From positions 8,647 through 72,646 of IMG/VR virus record IMGVR_UViG_3300042890_002721: a DNA stretch of 64,000 nt, one strand, 5' to 3'. The position numbers and the translations under genes were made by a program. How positions within the stretch are numbered: position 1 is the stretch's first letter; each line of letters opens with the position of its first letter. This document shows positions 1 through 8,475 of the stretch, piece by piece. Source of the DNA: a virus. The notes beneath the pieces are model-generated. The model was given only the letters and a program-made list of their open reading frames with translations. It was not told the DNA's origin and ran no database searches.

Positions 1-38
1 AAATGAGTGACCAGTTACCCGACCACCCATTAATAATA

Positions 39-1466
39 TTATACTGTAACAGCAGCGTAACGCTCAGAGTCAATAACACTCAACATCATAGATATTGGAG
101 TCATGTCTTTCCCACCTAACAAATTAGTAAGCAATGCTGGGCTGAACCCAGATACCAATGCTGTACCTTCTTTATCGAAACGTACTGGTTTGTTGTTATC
201 ACCTCTTGATTGGATGTTCCAATATACCAACTTAGGCATTGTGTACCCAGCTTGAGCATAAAGAGATTCAACCATATCTTGAGCAGTCCACCCACGAACA
301 CTACCACAATTGAATTCCATGTCTGATAACATAAGAATCATTGTTGGCATTTCTTCTGGTGCAACATTTGACTCAACAGCTTTAGTTAAAAGCATTCTAA
401 ACGCTTTTTCAACATTAGTGTCGTACCCAACTGGACCTTGGATTTGTCTGTATCTCTCAGACAAACTACCTTTAAGGTATTGTAGTGTTGGGTTAGATGT
501 GAACGTGATGAACGCATCTTTGAAGGGACCTTCGTTTCTTTCTGAGATGTATAACCCCAAAGAGATTGCTACATCCATACAAGTTACGTTAGCATTTTGA
601 CCAGCTGGAGAACCCATTGACCCAGAAACGTCTACCATTGGTAAAAGTCTCTCGTTGTTACCTTCCATGTAGTTAGGCAAAGCATCCCATTGTACGTTAG
701 CACCTTTGGTATTACCAGTCTTCATGTTTTTAACGATGTCGTATGGGTATACTGCACCAGCATTGATTTTAGCTTCACCTTTCTCAACACTTGTCAAGTA
801 AGCTTGGAAACGCTCTAAATCATTTTTAGAGAAAGCTTTCATTAAATCACTCATTGCTTTTGAAGGCAATTTAGAGTAATCGATTTTAGAGAATTCTCTA
901 GAACACATTAATTGCTCAACAGTGTTAGAGTTTTCAACTAATAACTTACGGTACTCTTTTGGAGATAAACCTAAGTGTTTTCTAAGTGCAGACGCTTGTC
1001 TTTTCTTATCACGATTACCAACATTTGGACGTGGCATCCATTTAGCACAAAGACCATTTTTATCAGCTAAACCAGTAGCTATTAATGATAATGCTTGGTT
1101 TTCCAATGGGGTACCAACCAACACTAAAAGGTCATCCCATCTACCGTATTCAGCAAATAAACCTAAGTTTTTTGCAAGAGTTTCAGTACGATTTTCAGCC
1201 AAATAAGTAACGATATCTCTAAAGATTTGTCTTTCACCAGCACCACCACGTACATCACGAGCCCAAAATAACAAACGCATAGCTGTTAATTGATTTTCAC
1301 CAAAAGCTTTCGTAAATGCATTTATAAGACGAGTCTTATCTTGACCTCTCATCGCACCAATTTGGAAGAACAAGTCAACACAAAGGTTTAAAGATGATGA
1401 ATTAGTTACCATACCGTTTTCAGTATAAGAATTTTTTGTTTGCATAGCTTTTAATAATGTACTCAT
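39..1466 (-). CDS. DUF2828-family (TROVE/Ro60-like) protein with C-terminal vWA domain
   Basis: Motifs RDVRGGAGER, YGRWDDL, AKWMPR; vWA MIDAS DVSGSM; SDMEF; GFSP. Confidence 0.8.
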   Translation of the reverse strand: MSTLLKAMQTKNSYTENGMVTNSSSLNLCVDLFFQIGAMRGQDKTRLINAFTKAFGENQLTAMRLLFWARDVRGGAGERQIFRDIVTYLAENRTETLAKNLGLFAEYGRWDDLLVLVGTPLENQALSLIATGLADKNGLCAKWMPRPNVGNRDKKRQASALRKHLGLSPKEYRKLLVENSNTVEQLMCSREFSKIDYSKLPSKAMSDLMKAFSKNDLERFQAYLTSVEKGEAKINAGAVYPYDIVKNMKTGNTKGANVQWDALPNYMEGNNERLLPMVDVSGSMGSPAGQNANVTCMDVAISLGLYISERNEGPFKDAFITFTSNPTLQYLKGSLSERYRQIQGPVGYDTNVEKAFRMLLTKAVESNVAPEEMPTMILMLSDMEFNCGSVRGWTAQDMVESLYAQAGYTMPKLVYWNIQSRGDNNKPVRFDKEGTALVSGFSPALLTNLLGGKDMTPISMMLSVIDSERYAAVTV

Positions 1467-1494
1467 GATTTTTATATTTTTAAGATTAATATTG

Positions 1495-1526
1495 CAAAGT
1501 TACCATTTTTTTTGACTCGTGTCAAG
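1495..1526 (-). promoter_or_regulatory. Bacteroidota-type promoter (CTTGAC-N18-TAACTTTG)
   Basis: TAnnTTTG -7 box with an upstream TTG element, 28 nt before the ATG of the DUF2828 gene. Confidence 0.7.
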
Positions 1527-1578
1527 TTTTTTTGTTTATTTTTTTAAATTATTTTTTAAGTGACTGAAATATAGTTAC

Positions 1579-2103
1579 TTATAACTTAGTAAACCAAGCT
1601 TTAAATTTAGTACTAGTATCATATAAGTTTACAAATTCAACACCAATAATTTGTGAACCACTAGCAAAACCTAAACCTAATTGGTCAGTACTACAGTGCA
1701 TGTAGTTAACTGGCATAAGTGGTTTAAATGTTAATGTCATATTATTTTGTGCTGAATATAATGTATATGAAGCACTGTTTGTTGTATCTGAACCAATATA
1801 ATATTTGATATTAGTTACAAAGTGTAATGTATCATACATTATTGTTGTCCCAAAACCGTTCATAATCTTTGTTAATAACCAAGTTGTACCAACTAAATCA
1901 TTTGTTTGTGTTCCACTAGTCCAATTTGGTAATGTACCACCATTGGTATATTGATTTTGCCAATTAGTAGTGTCAACACTTGTTGGTGGAACATACGGTG
2001 CTGGGTTATTTTTTTTACAACCAGTAACTGTAAACATTATTAACACTGTTGTTATAATACCTAACAAAAAAGCAATGTTTTTATAAATTTTAAAATCTTT
2101 CAT
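1579..2103 (-). CDS. Predicted lipoprotein
   Basis: Basic N-terminus, hydrophobic stretch, lipobox VTGC followed by KK. Confidence 0.7.
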   Translation of the reverse strand: MKDFKIYKNIAFLLGIITTVLIMFTVTGCKKNNPAPYVPPTSVDTTNWQNQYTNGGTLPNWTSGTQTNDLVGTTWLLTKIMNGFGTTIMYDTLHFVTNIKYYIGSDTTNSASYTLYSAQNNMTLTFKPLMPVNYMHCSTDQLGLGFASGSQIIGVEFVNLYDTSTKFKAWFTKL

Positions 2104-2119
2104 ATTTTCTTATTTTTAA

Positions 2120-2150
2120 CAAAGGTAAACATAATATTTTGATTTACCAA
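2120..2150 (-). promoter_or_regulatory. Bacteroidota-type promoter (TTGG...TACCTTTG)
   Basis: TAnnTTTG at 2120-2127 upstream of the lipoprotein gene. Confidence 0.55.
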
Positions 2151-2151
2151 A

Positions 2152-2760
2152 TTATTTAACAAAATTTTTCACATATTGTTTCCTATGGTATTTATTCGAA
2201 CTATATTCTTTTAATGCTGAGATATGGTCTGGTGTTAAATAACCCTTATTTGATGACCAATTATATTCTGGGTGTAGTTCATGTAATTTAACCATATAAG
2301 CATCACGTCTAACCTTAGCTACTATAGCTGCCGCTGCAATGCATATGTATGTATCATCACCTTTAGGTACTAAATCAACACTAGCATTATTCACACCATT
2401 ATATGGTTCCCAAACTGTACCATCAACAAGAATGTATTCTGGTTTAACCGCTAATTCATCTAAACATTTTCGCATAGACTTAAATGTAGCTGGATTTATA
2501 CCTAACTCATCAATACTAGTAACAGACCCAGCGTTACATGTAATGGCTATAGCGTTAGTTAATATTAATTCGTAGGCATTGAGTCTCTGTTTCTCTGAAA
2601 GCTTCTTAGAGTCTCTTATAAGCTCTGATTTGAAACCTTTAGGCATAATGACCGCAGCCGTAACTACTGGACCAGCACCACAACCCCTACCAACTTCATC
2701 TAAACCAACTACATATTGGTATTCACCGAAGTCTTCAAGAATCTTTTTCTGTTTTGCCAT
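2152..2760 (-). CDS. rnhB: Ribonuclease HII
   Basis: GLDEVGRG..AGPVV, DSKKL, LVDG, KGD..IAAAAIVAKV.RD, NKGY, HR motifs. Confidence 0.93.
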   Translation of the reverse strand: MAKQKKILEDFGEYQYVVGLDEVGRGCGAGPVVTAAVIMPKGFKSELIRDSKKLSEKQRLNAYELILTNAIAITCNAGSVTSIDELGINPATFKSMRKCLDELAVKPEYILVDGTVWEPYNGVNNASVDLVPKGDDTYICIAAAAIVAKVRRDAYMVKLHELHPEYNWSSNKGYLTPDHISALKEYSSNKYHRKQYVKNFVK

Positions 2761-3001
2761 TTTTTATTTTTTTAAAGTAATCGTATAAAGCCCACATTGA
2801 GATAAGTGTCCAAGTAGCTTCAAGAATTATAAATGGTTCATATTGAATCATACAAGATGCTGTGCATGCAAGAATACCACCAATGATATTAAGAATAATA
2901 TATAATGGATGGTCATTATCTAATCTATCTAGAATATTTAAGAGGAAAGCGAATAGCATTAAAACCACACCAGCTGAACCTATCATATCGCTTATTGTCA
3001 T
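2735..3001 (-). CDS. Small 3-TM membrane protein (CBU_0592-like)
   Basis: IG..G..L.L.AF, Y..LN..G and LE..W pattern. Confidence 0.6.
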   Translation of the reverse strand: MTISDMIGSAGVVLMLFAFLLNILDRLDNDHPLYIILNIIGGILACTASCMIQYEPFIILEATWTLISMWALYDYFKKIKNGKTEKDS

Positions 3002-3014
3002 AATAATTTTTTAA

Positions 3015-3046
3015 CAAATGTACGATATATATTTTAATTAAACAAA
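3015..3046 (-). promoter_or_regulatory. Bacteroidota-type promoter (TTTG...TACATTTG)
   Basis: TAnnTTTG at 3015-3022, TTTG at 3043-3046. Confidence 0.55.
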
Positions 3047-3277
3047 TTATTCTTGTGGTTTTTTACTTATTTTAACTAAAATACCATGTATAACCACTTC
3101 AAATTCATCTGTTGGGTCGAATTGTAAGTATTGTGGGTTAGTTTTATAAAAAACTTCTTTATTTAATTTATTATGAGTATCTTCATCCAATACATAATGC
3201 ATTGTTAAACCCAATTTATTTATTTTTTCGCTTACAGCCATTTCAGTAATGGTTTGTATTAATTCATCACATGTCAT
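3047..3277 (-). CDS. Hypothetical protein
   Basis: ORF in tightly packed operon. Confidence 0.65.
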   Translation of the reverse strand: MTCDELIQTITEMAVSEKINKLGLTMHYVLDEDTHNKLNKEVFYKTNPQYLQFDPTDEFEVVIHGILVKISKKPQE

Positions 3278-3278
3278 A

Positions 3279-3500
3279 TTAAAACTTTGTAAAAATATTT
3301 TTAATTATTATGGCTAATTTTTGGTACCAAGTTTTTTTTATAATTTTAACCTTACTAGGATTTGATTTAATATCTTTACCTAAACCAGTTTTTAATTCAT
3401 TTATAAATGTAACTTTTACTTTAGCAGTTTTATACATATCTAAAAGTTTTTCTCTTTCAGCACCTTCAATTTCTATATCTATAATGTTTTTTTTACTCAT
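3279..3500 (-). CDS. Hypothetical protein
   Basis: ORF overlapping the NUDIX gene end; start chosen at MSKK. Confidence 0.6.
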   Translation of the reverse strand: MSKKNIIDIEIEGAEREKLLDMYKTAKVKVTFINELKTGLGKDIKSNPSKVKIIKKTWYQKLAIIIKNIFTKF

Positions 3501-3933
3501 ATATATTGGCAATTTTTTCAGCTAAGCCTTTGTATAATGGGCTTGGTAGATTATCTTTTGAAAACCAACCGTAGTTTAAGTTCTCATGGTCCAATATAGG
3601 TTTAAATTCTCGATTAGTAAACCCTTCAAAGTAATGAAATTCTCTATTTTTATTAGGTATGTGTTCAATATTTATTTTTTTGAATGTAATATCATTTGTT
3701 TTAATAAATAATTCCTCATATATTTCTCGTTTGATTCCATCGATTATATTTTCACCTTCATCAATACCACCAGACATAAGAGACCATATTGGTGTTGTAT
3801 CATTTCGTAATAATAGAAAAACTCTATCAGTTGTTTCACATTTAAGTAAAACACCACCAATTACTTGTTTTTCATCATTATCATTCATTAGTCTTTGGTT
3901 TAATACTTCCCTTATATATTTTTTAGTTATCAT
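3493..3933 (-). CDS. NUDIX hydrolase
   Basis: Nudix box GGIDEGENIIDGIKREIYEE; E..YGWF...LPSPL. Confidence 0.85.
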   Translation of the reverse strand: MITKKYIREVLNQRLMNDNDEKQVIGGVLLKCETTDRVFLLLRNDTTPIWSLMSGGIDEGENIIDGIKREIYEELFIKTNDITFKKINIEHIPNKNREFHYFEGFTNREFKPILDHENLNYGWFSKDNLPSPLYKGLAEKIANIYE

Positions 3934-4004
3934 AACTTTTATACACTTATTTATAATAAATATTTACTATTAATATTAGAATCCATATATTTGAATAAAA
4001 ACTT

Positions 4005-4346
4005 ATGATTTCATTAACATTTATTTTGATTTGTTACGGAGCATGTAACAATATGATTTACGGCTCAGTATTTGAAGGGTTTAGAAAGTTTATGTCTAGA
4101 TTCGGGACAAGCGGTTATAGCTTGCATAAATTATTCACATGTTTTATGTGTCTTGGAACTTGGATGGGTTTTGCATTATCATTGATAATGGCACATTTCG
4201 GTTTTGAACATTTAACACCAATGGGTGCTTTAGGTATAACAAATTTAGGATTGTTAGTATTCTTAAATGGATTGTTGAGTGGTGGTGGTGTATGGTTAAC
4301 TCACACACTACAAGAAGCCCTAGAACGAGCGTTCAATAAAGAGTAA
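4005..4346 (+). CDS. Membrane protein (DUF1360-like)
   Basis: TM segments with LFTCFMCLGTW (CxxC..W); TATATTTG promoter box at 3986-3993. Confidence 0.65.
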   Translation: MISLTFILICYGACNNMIYGSVFEGFRKFMSRFGTSGYSLHKLFTCFMCLGTWMGFALSLIMAHFGFEHLTPMGALGITNLGLLVFLNGLLSGGGVWLTHTLQEALERAFNKE

Positions 4347-4371
4347 TAATATTTCGCTTTTTACTAAATAT

Positions 4372-4396
4372 AGCTCCTTATAGGGGCTTTATTTTT
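4372..4396. terminator. Probable bidirectional terminator between convergent genes
   Basis: agctcct-tat-aggggct stem followed by a T-rich tract. Confidence 0.45.
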
Positions 4397-4589
4397 GCTC
4401 TTCAGTTTCGTCTTGGTCGATGATTCTAAATCTAAGCAAAGGTTTACCGTTTATGGTTATTTCACCCTTATCGTTTTCACCGATTTCTTTAACCTTTATC
4501 TTTTTATTCTTAAACTTACCACCAAGAATAGTATCACCAACGTTGATATCAATGCTTATAGCTTCATTAAATAGATTAGTTAATTTCAT
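4389..4589 (-). CDS. Small hypothetical protein, possibly virion-associated
   Basis: Start MKLTNLFNE directly after a TATTTATA motif. Confidence 0.65.
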   Translation of the reverse strand: MKLTNLFNEAISIDINVGDTILGGKFKNKKIKVKEIGENDKGEITINGKPLLRFRIIDQDETEEQK

Positions 4590-4612
4590 ATTTATAAATA
4601 TCATATAAAACA

Positions 4613-4639
4613 AAAAAGAGGCCACTTAAGCCTCTTTTT
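4613..4639 (-). terminator. Rho-independent terminator
   Basis: aaaaagaggc-N7-gcctcttttt hairpin immediately after the 4643 stop. Confidence 0.75.
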
Positions 4640-4642
4640 ATT

Positions 4643-5422
4643 TTAGTATCCTTTTGAATCTATGCATTTTCCGCACGCTTCATCTAGTCCACAATCACAA
4701 TCGGTTTCATATTCATTTTCTGTTACCATCATTTCAACTTTTTTTCTTGGTGGTAATTCAACCTTCTTTGACATGTTTTTATTAGTTTTATTCTTTTTAG
4801 ATTCTATTGCTCTCATATTTCTTTCAGCTCTAGCTTCTTCTTCGATTAATTCTAATTCCTCATCTGTCATTTCAATTGGTGTTCCATTTTCATCAACATA
4901 TGGAAGTGGGGTGTGTTTATCCGTTGGTGGAATATATTCATCCACATCGTCTTCATACTCCTCTTCAAATGTTGGTTGTGGTGTTGATATTGGTTCATAG
5001 TTGATAGTCTCATCCATTTCATCATCAATATCAATATCAAAATCATTTAAGTTTGGTACTAATTCTTCATCACTAAAAGTAAAATTAAGTCTTTGTAGTT
5101 TTATTAAACTATTTTTCTTAAATACTTCTTTAAGTTCATTAACTTTAGTACGTAACAAATCATGTTTCTTTTCTCTCTCAAGATTTAACTTGATTGTCTT
5201 ATCAACATAACTTAACAACTCATCTAACCCTACACCTTTTACTTCACTAAAAATCATATAATAGTTAAGTCCATCATCACCTTTAACTTTTTTAATACTA
5301 GAATCTTCTGGAACAGTCCAACCATCTTTGAATACAACATCAACAAGAGCTGTACCTTCTAAGTATCTAATACCTATAACGTAAGGTTGTAGTGAATCTA
5401 ATGTTTTTTGTATATTTGACAT
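4643..5422 (-). CDS. Hypothetical acidic protein with C-terminal Cys cluster
   Basis: 259 aa ORF ending CDC.....CGKC. Confidence 0.7.
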   Translation of the reverse strand: MSNIQKTLDSLQPYVIGIRYLEGTALVDVVFKDGWTVPEDSSIKKVKGDDGLNYYMIFSEVKGVGLDELLSYVDKTIKLNLEREKKHDLLRTKVNELKEVFKKNSLIKLQRLNFTFSDEELVPNLNDFDIDIDDEMDETINYEPISTPQPTFEEEYEDDVDEYIPPTDKHTPLPYVDENGTPIEMTDEELELIEEEARAERNMRAIESKKNKTNKNMSKKVELPPRKKVEMMVTENEYETDCDCGLDEACGKCIDSKGY

Positions 5423-5436
5423 AGGTTATAATTTAG

Positions 5437-5649
5437 TTATAAAGTTATACCAGTGAATATCACTGTTATAACATATGAAATAGCTATACTTAATAAAATT
5501 AATGATGTATTTGAAACTCTGTATTTGTTTGGTTCTTCTTCTGTGGATGTCAATAAAGCTTGAATAAAGTAATAACCATGTCTTATCGTTTTTAACAACG
5601 ACATAAAAAACAATATCATCAATATCTTATTAAGTATAACTACAATCAT
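5437..5649 (-). CDS. Small 2-TM membrane protein
   Basis: Two hydrophobic helices. Confidence 0.6.
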   Translation of the reverse strand: MIVVILNKILMILFFMSLLKTIRHGYYFIQALLTSTEEEPNKYRVSNTSLILLSIAISYVITVIFTGITL

Positions 5650-5660
5650 ATTTTTTATTA

Positions 5661-5840
5661 TTATGCTTCTTTTTTATTTTTGTTAGAAACTTCGATACGA
5701 AGTGCTTGAGCAGTTGTTTTAATCTCTTGTAAACCTTTTCTAAGTCTTACACCAGCAGCTTTATTATCTTTTTCGTAAAATTTAATTGCATCTTCTTCTA
5801 AAGAAGCAATAAGTGTTTTTAATTCATTAAAATTCTCCAT
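5661..5840 (-). CDS. Histone H1-like (Hc1 family) protein of Bacteroidota type
   Basis: D..KFY.K.NKAAG.R.RK.LQE.K..AQ..R motif. Confidence 0.8.
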   Translation of the reverse strand: MENFNELKTLIASLEEDAIKFYEKDNKAAGVRLRKGLQEIKTTAQALRIEVSNKNKKEA

Positions 5841-6069
5841 TTTGTTCATTGTTTAAAATGTTGTTATTGTTATTGATTGAAAACATAGATGTAAATTTAA
5901 CTATGCTAGCTTCAACCATCACCATCTTAGATAGTAATTTTTTTATTTTTTTTGTTTTTTCATTGACACCTAGGTTGGAGTTAATAGTTGATTCCAATTC
6001 ATCTTCTAATTTTAACACATCAGAATTTAAATCCATCATCACTATTTTAAAAAGTCTTTCTCCATCCAT
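5827..6069 (-). CDS. Hypothetical protein
   Basis: ORF in operon, coiled-coil character. Confidence 0.6.
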   Translation of the reverse strand: MDGERLFKIVMMDLNSDVLKLEDELESTINSNLGVNEKTKKIKKLLSKMVMVEASIVKFTSMFSINNNNNILNNEQNGEF

Positions 6070-6120
6070 ATTTTAAAACTACTACATTATTATTAAAAAT
6101 AAATACTAAAAACCTTTTTT

Positions 6121-6591
6121 TTAGATTATTTTCAATGATTTCTCAAAAATTCTGTAAATTTCAATTAATGTATCCATATCGGCATTGGTTTTAACCCTAT
6201 TATAATCAAAAATATTATCCCATAAAGATAAGACGTTTTTACCAGAATTTTCAAATATTACTTTATCTGTTGACGTATAGAATACTTCTAGCATAAATTC
6301 TAAGAAATAATTATATAGCTTAATATTTTGAAATATAATACCTTCAGTGATGAAATTGGTTATGTTGGTATCCCAACACCATTTAAAATGATTTTCTTGG
6401 TCATCTATGTTGGTAACGTCATCACCCATGTAAGTATCAAATGTAAGCATTAATAATGATTGCACAAAATCATTATAAAGCTCACATTTCTCATACTTTA
6501 TATTATTAGCACCATAAATAATTATGATACTTTCTTTACTCATTGGTGTGTTGATATAATCCAAAAAATTAATTCTATTTTTATTATCCAT
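6121..6591 (-). CDS. Hypothetical phage protein
   Basis: 156 aa ORF. Confidence 0.7.
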   Translation of the reverse strand: MDNKNRINFLDYINTPMSKESIIIIYGANNIKYEKCELYNDFVQSLLMLTFDTYMGDDVTNIDDQENHFKWCWDTNITNFITEGIIFQNIKLYNYFLEFMLEVFYTSTDKVIFENSGKNVLSLWDNIFDYNRVKTNADMDTLIEIYRIFEKSLKII

Positions 6592-6636
6592 TAATATTTT
6601 TCTAATAATATAATACCATTATTAGAAAAATAAATA

Positions 6637-6762
6637 TTATTTTATATCATTTGATTCTATTAGTGTATAAGTAAATGAATTACCATGAATCTTAGCAGAC
6701 TTTTTAACTATCTTCATGAATTCATCAAAATCTTTAACCCTCTTAAAAACTTGACACCCTTC
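6637..6762 (-). pseudogene. Stranded duplicate 3' end of the L,D-transpeptidase-like gene (7326-7925)
   Basis: Reads EGCQVFKRVKDFDEFMKIVKKSAKIHGNSFTYTLIESNDIK*; the expressed end reads EGCLVFKRVKDFDEFMKIVKKAAKIHGNSFTLTLINSNDVKH*. Confidence 0.93.
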
Positions 6763-7342
6763 ACGTAGCATCTTCAATTATATATCTTCTTTTTAATTTA
6801 TAAGTATTTTTACACATTCGTATATTACTAGGTTTAGCATTAAGACCTATTGCACAATCTTTAGAGTTATTAAAAAAATAAATTTCACCAGTTTGTGTGT
6901 CAGTAACTTTTAATGGTACTTTACTATTTGAATCACTTTGTTTCTTTTTAAAAGAATCATTGACAAATTTACCACCATAGTTAGGATTATTAACACCTTT
7001 ATTAGCTTTAGAAATTTTTAAAATTATTTCACACCTATTTGGATGGTTAGAAATAGTATCACCACCATCACCACCATTTGTCATATTAATCAAACTTCCG
7101 TTATTAATTTTACGACCAATACGATTAATCCAATATATTTCTCTTTCTAATGATTCAATATTAGTTAACCCATCTTCCAATATTATAATATCATACCCAT
7201 ATTTATTTACAATACGATGCCAATATTTAGAACGACCATGTGTACTAACACATCTATCACCAAAACCTTTACCAACATAAAAAACAACATTTGTTGCTGT
7301 ATTTATATGTGCATATACATAATATTTAGTGTTTAACATCAT
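6761..7342 (-). mobile_element. GIY-YIG homing endonuclease with NUMOD3-like region
   Basis: YYVY....FYVGKG, R, E..WI, L.N.T.GGDGG; flanked by the duplicated host 3' end. Confidence 0.88.
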
Positions 7343-7925
7343 TACTATTAATTAAAGTTAGTGTAAATGAATTACCATGAATCTTTGCTGCTTTCTTAAC
7401 TATTTTCATGAACTCATCAAAATCTTTAACCCTCTTAAAAACTAAACAACCTTCTGACCAGTTTTCAACCCAAGTTGAATCTTTACCAGCTTTATGGATA
7501 TTGATACCGAATACACCTTCATCAATCTTTGTTTCATCAAATACTAAATCTTTATTTGGGTCACGATAAACCTTTACCGATTTTGCTTGTTTTAAGGCCT
7601 CGTACTTACCTTGGTGAAGACCTAACGCATGTGAACCTCTATATTGTCCTTCAACAAGTCTAGCAACACCTTTAGCGTTGTGATATTCCATTACACCTTT
7701 CTTACCTGGTTCTGTTGTGTTCATCCATTCTTTATAAACCCAATTACCAGTCTCATCTTTATATGATATTGTAATCATATCATCAAATACGTTTGTTACT
7801 TTATTTGCAGTTGATGAGTTTCTAACACCTACGATGTTTACATCATAAGATTTATTTTTTATGTCATTAAAATAGACATAACCTTTTGAAGACAATGCCG
7901 CTTCAATTTGTTCTCTTGTATACAT
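7326..7925 (-). CDS. L,D-transpeptidase (YkuD)-like peptidoglycan enzyme
   Basis: GINIH.AG...WSEGC catalytic His/Cys motif; adjacent to lysozyme. Confidence 0.65.
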   Translation of the reverse strand: MYTREQIEAALSSKGYVYFNDIKNKSYDVNIVGVRNSSTANKVTNVFDDMITISYKDETGNWVYKEWMNTTEPGKKGVMEYHNAKGVARLVEGQYRGSHALGLHQGKYEALKQAKSVKVYRDPNKDLVFDETKIDEGVFGINIHKAGKDSTWVENWSEGCLVFKRVKDFDEFMKIVKKAAKIHGNSFTLTLINSNDVKH

Positions 7926-7929
7926 AGTT

Positions 7930-8391
7930 TTATTTTTTAAAATATAAATCAGCTTCAGCTTGCCTTCTTAATACTAAGCCTTTTAAAACTTTATTTGAAG
8001 CTTTTGTCCATTTCATGAACTCAGCTCTTATTGTTTCATCTTTTGCGTTTTTGTTGACTTTCTTCAATAATGTTGACGATTTTAGGTTTGATGGTCCTAA
8101 GTTGTAACAAAATGATACTAGTGCGTCAAATTGGTGTTGTGTGATTGTATCTATACAATATGAGTCAACATATTGTTCAAATTTTGACAACATATCTTTT
8201 AGTAGTTCAACACCTTCTGCTTCAGTCATTGGTTTATCAGCCATTGTAACTTTTTTACCGTTAGGGTAGAAGGTCGCTCCGTATGCTATTGTTGGAATCC
8301 CAGCTGGACACTTATATGGTTTAGACATAAACCCTTCAAACTTTTTGATTAGTTCGATACCTTCACTACCCGTTTTTGTAATTTTTTCCAT
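7930..8391 (-). CDS. Phage lysozyme / endolysin (GH24)
   Basis: EG....PYKCPAGIPTIAYG (E-x8-C-x5-T), QFDALVSF.YNLG, STLLKK.N, GL..RR.AE. Confidence 0.92.
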   Translation of the reverse strand: MEKITKTGSEGIELIKKFEGFMSKPYKCPAGIPTIAYGATFYPNGKKVTMADKPMTEAEGVELLKDMLSKFEQYVDSYCIDTITQHQFDALVSFCYNLGPSNLKSSTLLKKVNKNAKDETIRAEFMKWTKASNKVLKGLVLRRQAEADLYFKK

Positions 8392-8426
8392 AATTATTAT
8401 TGTTTAGTTATAAATATCTTTTAAAT

Positions 8427-8458
8427 AAAAAAGGTACCCGTTATGAGTACCTTTTTTT
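8427..8458 (-). terminator. Rho-independent terminator
   Basis: aaaaaaggtac...gtacctttttt hairpin. Confidence 0.75.
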
Positions 8459-8475
8459 ATTTTATTTATATTTAA

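Noticed and set aside
6637-7454. Diversity-generating retroelement template/variable repeat pair
   Set aside because: No reverse transcriptase in the window, and the differences are not confined to adenines but are largely synonymous changes of mixed type.
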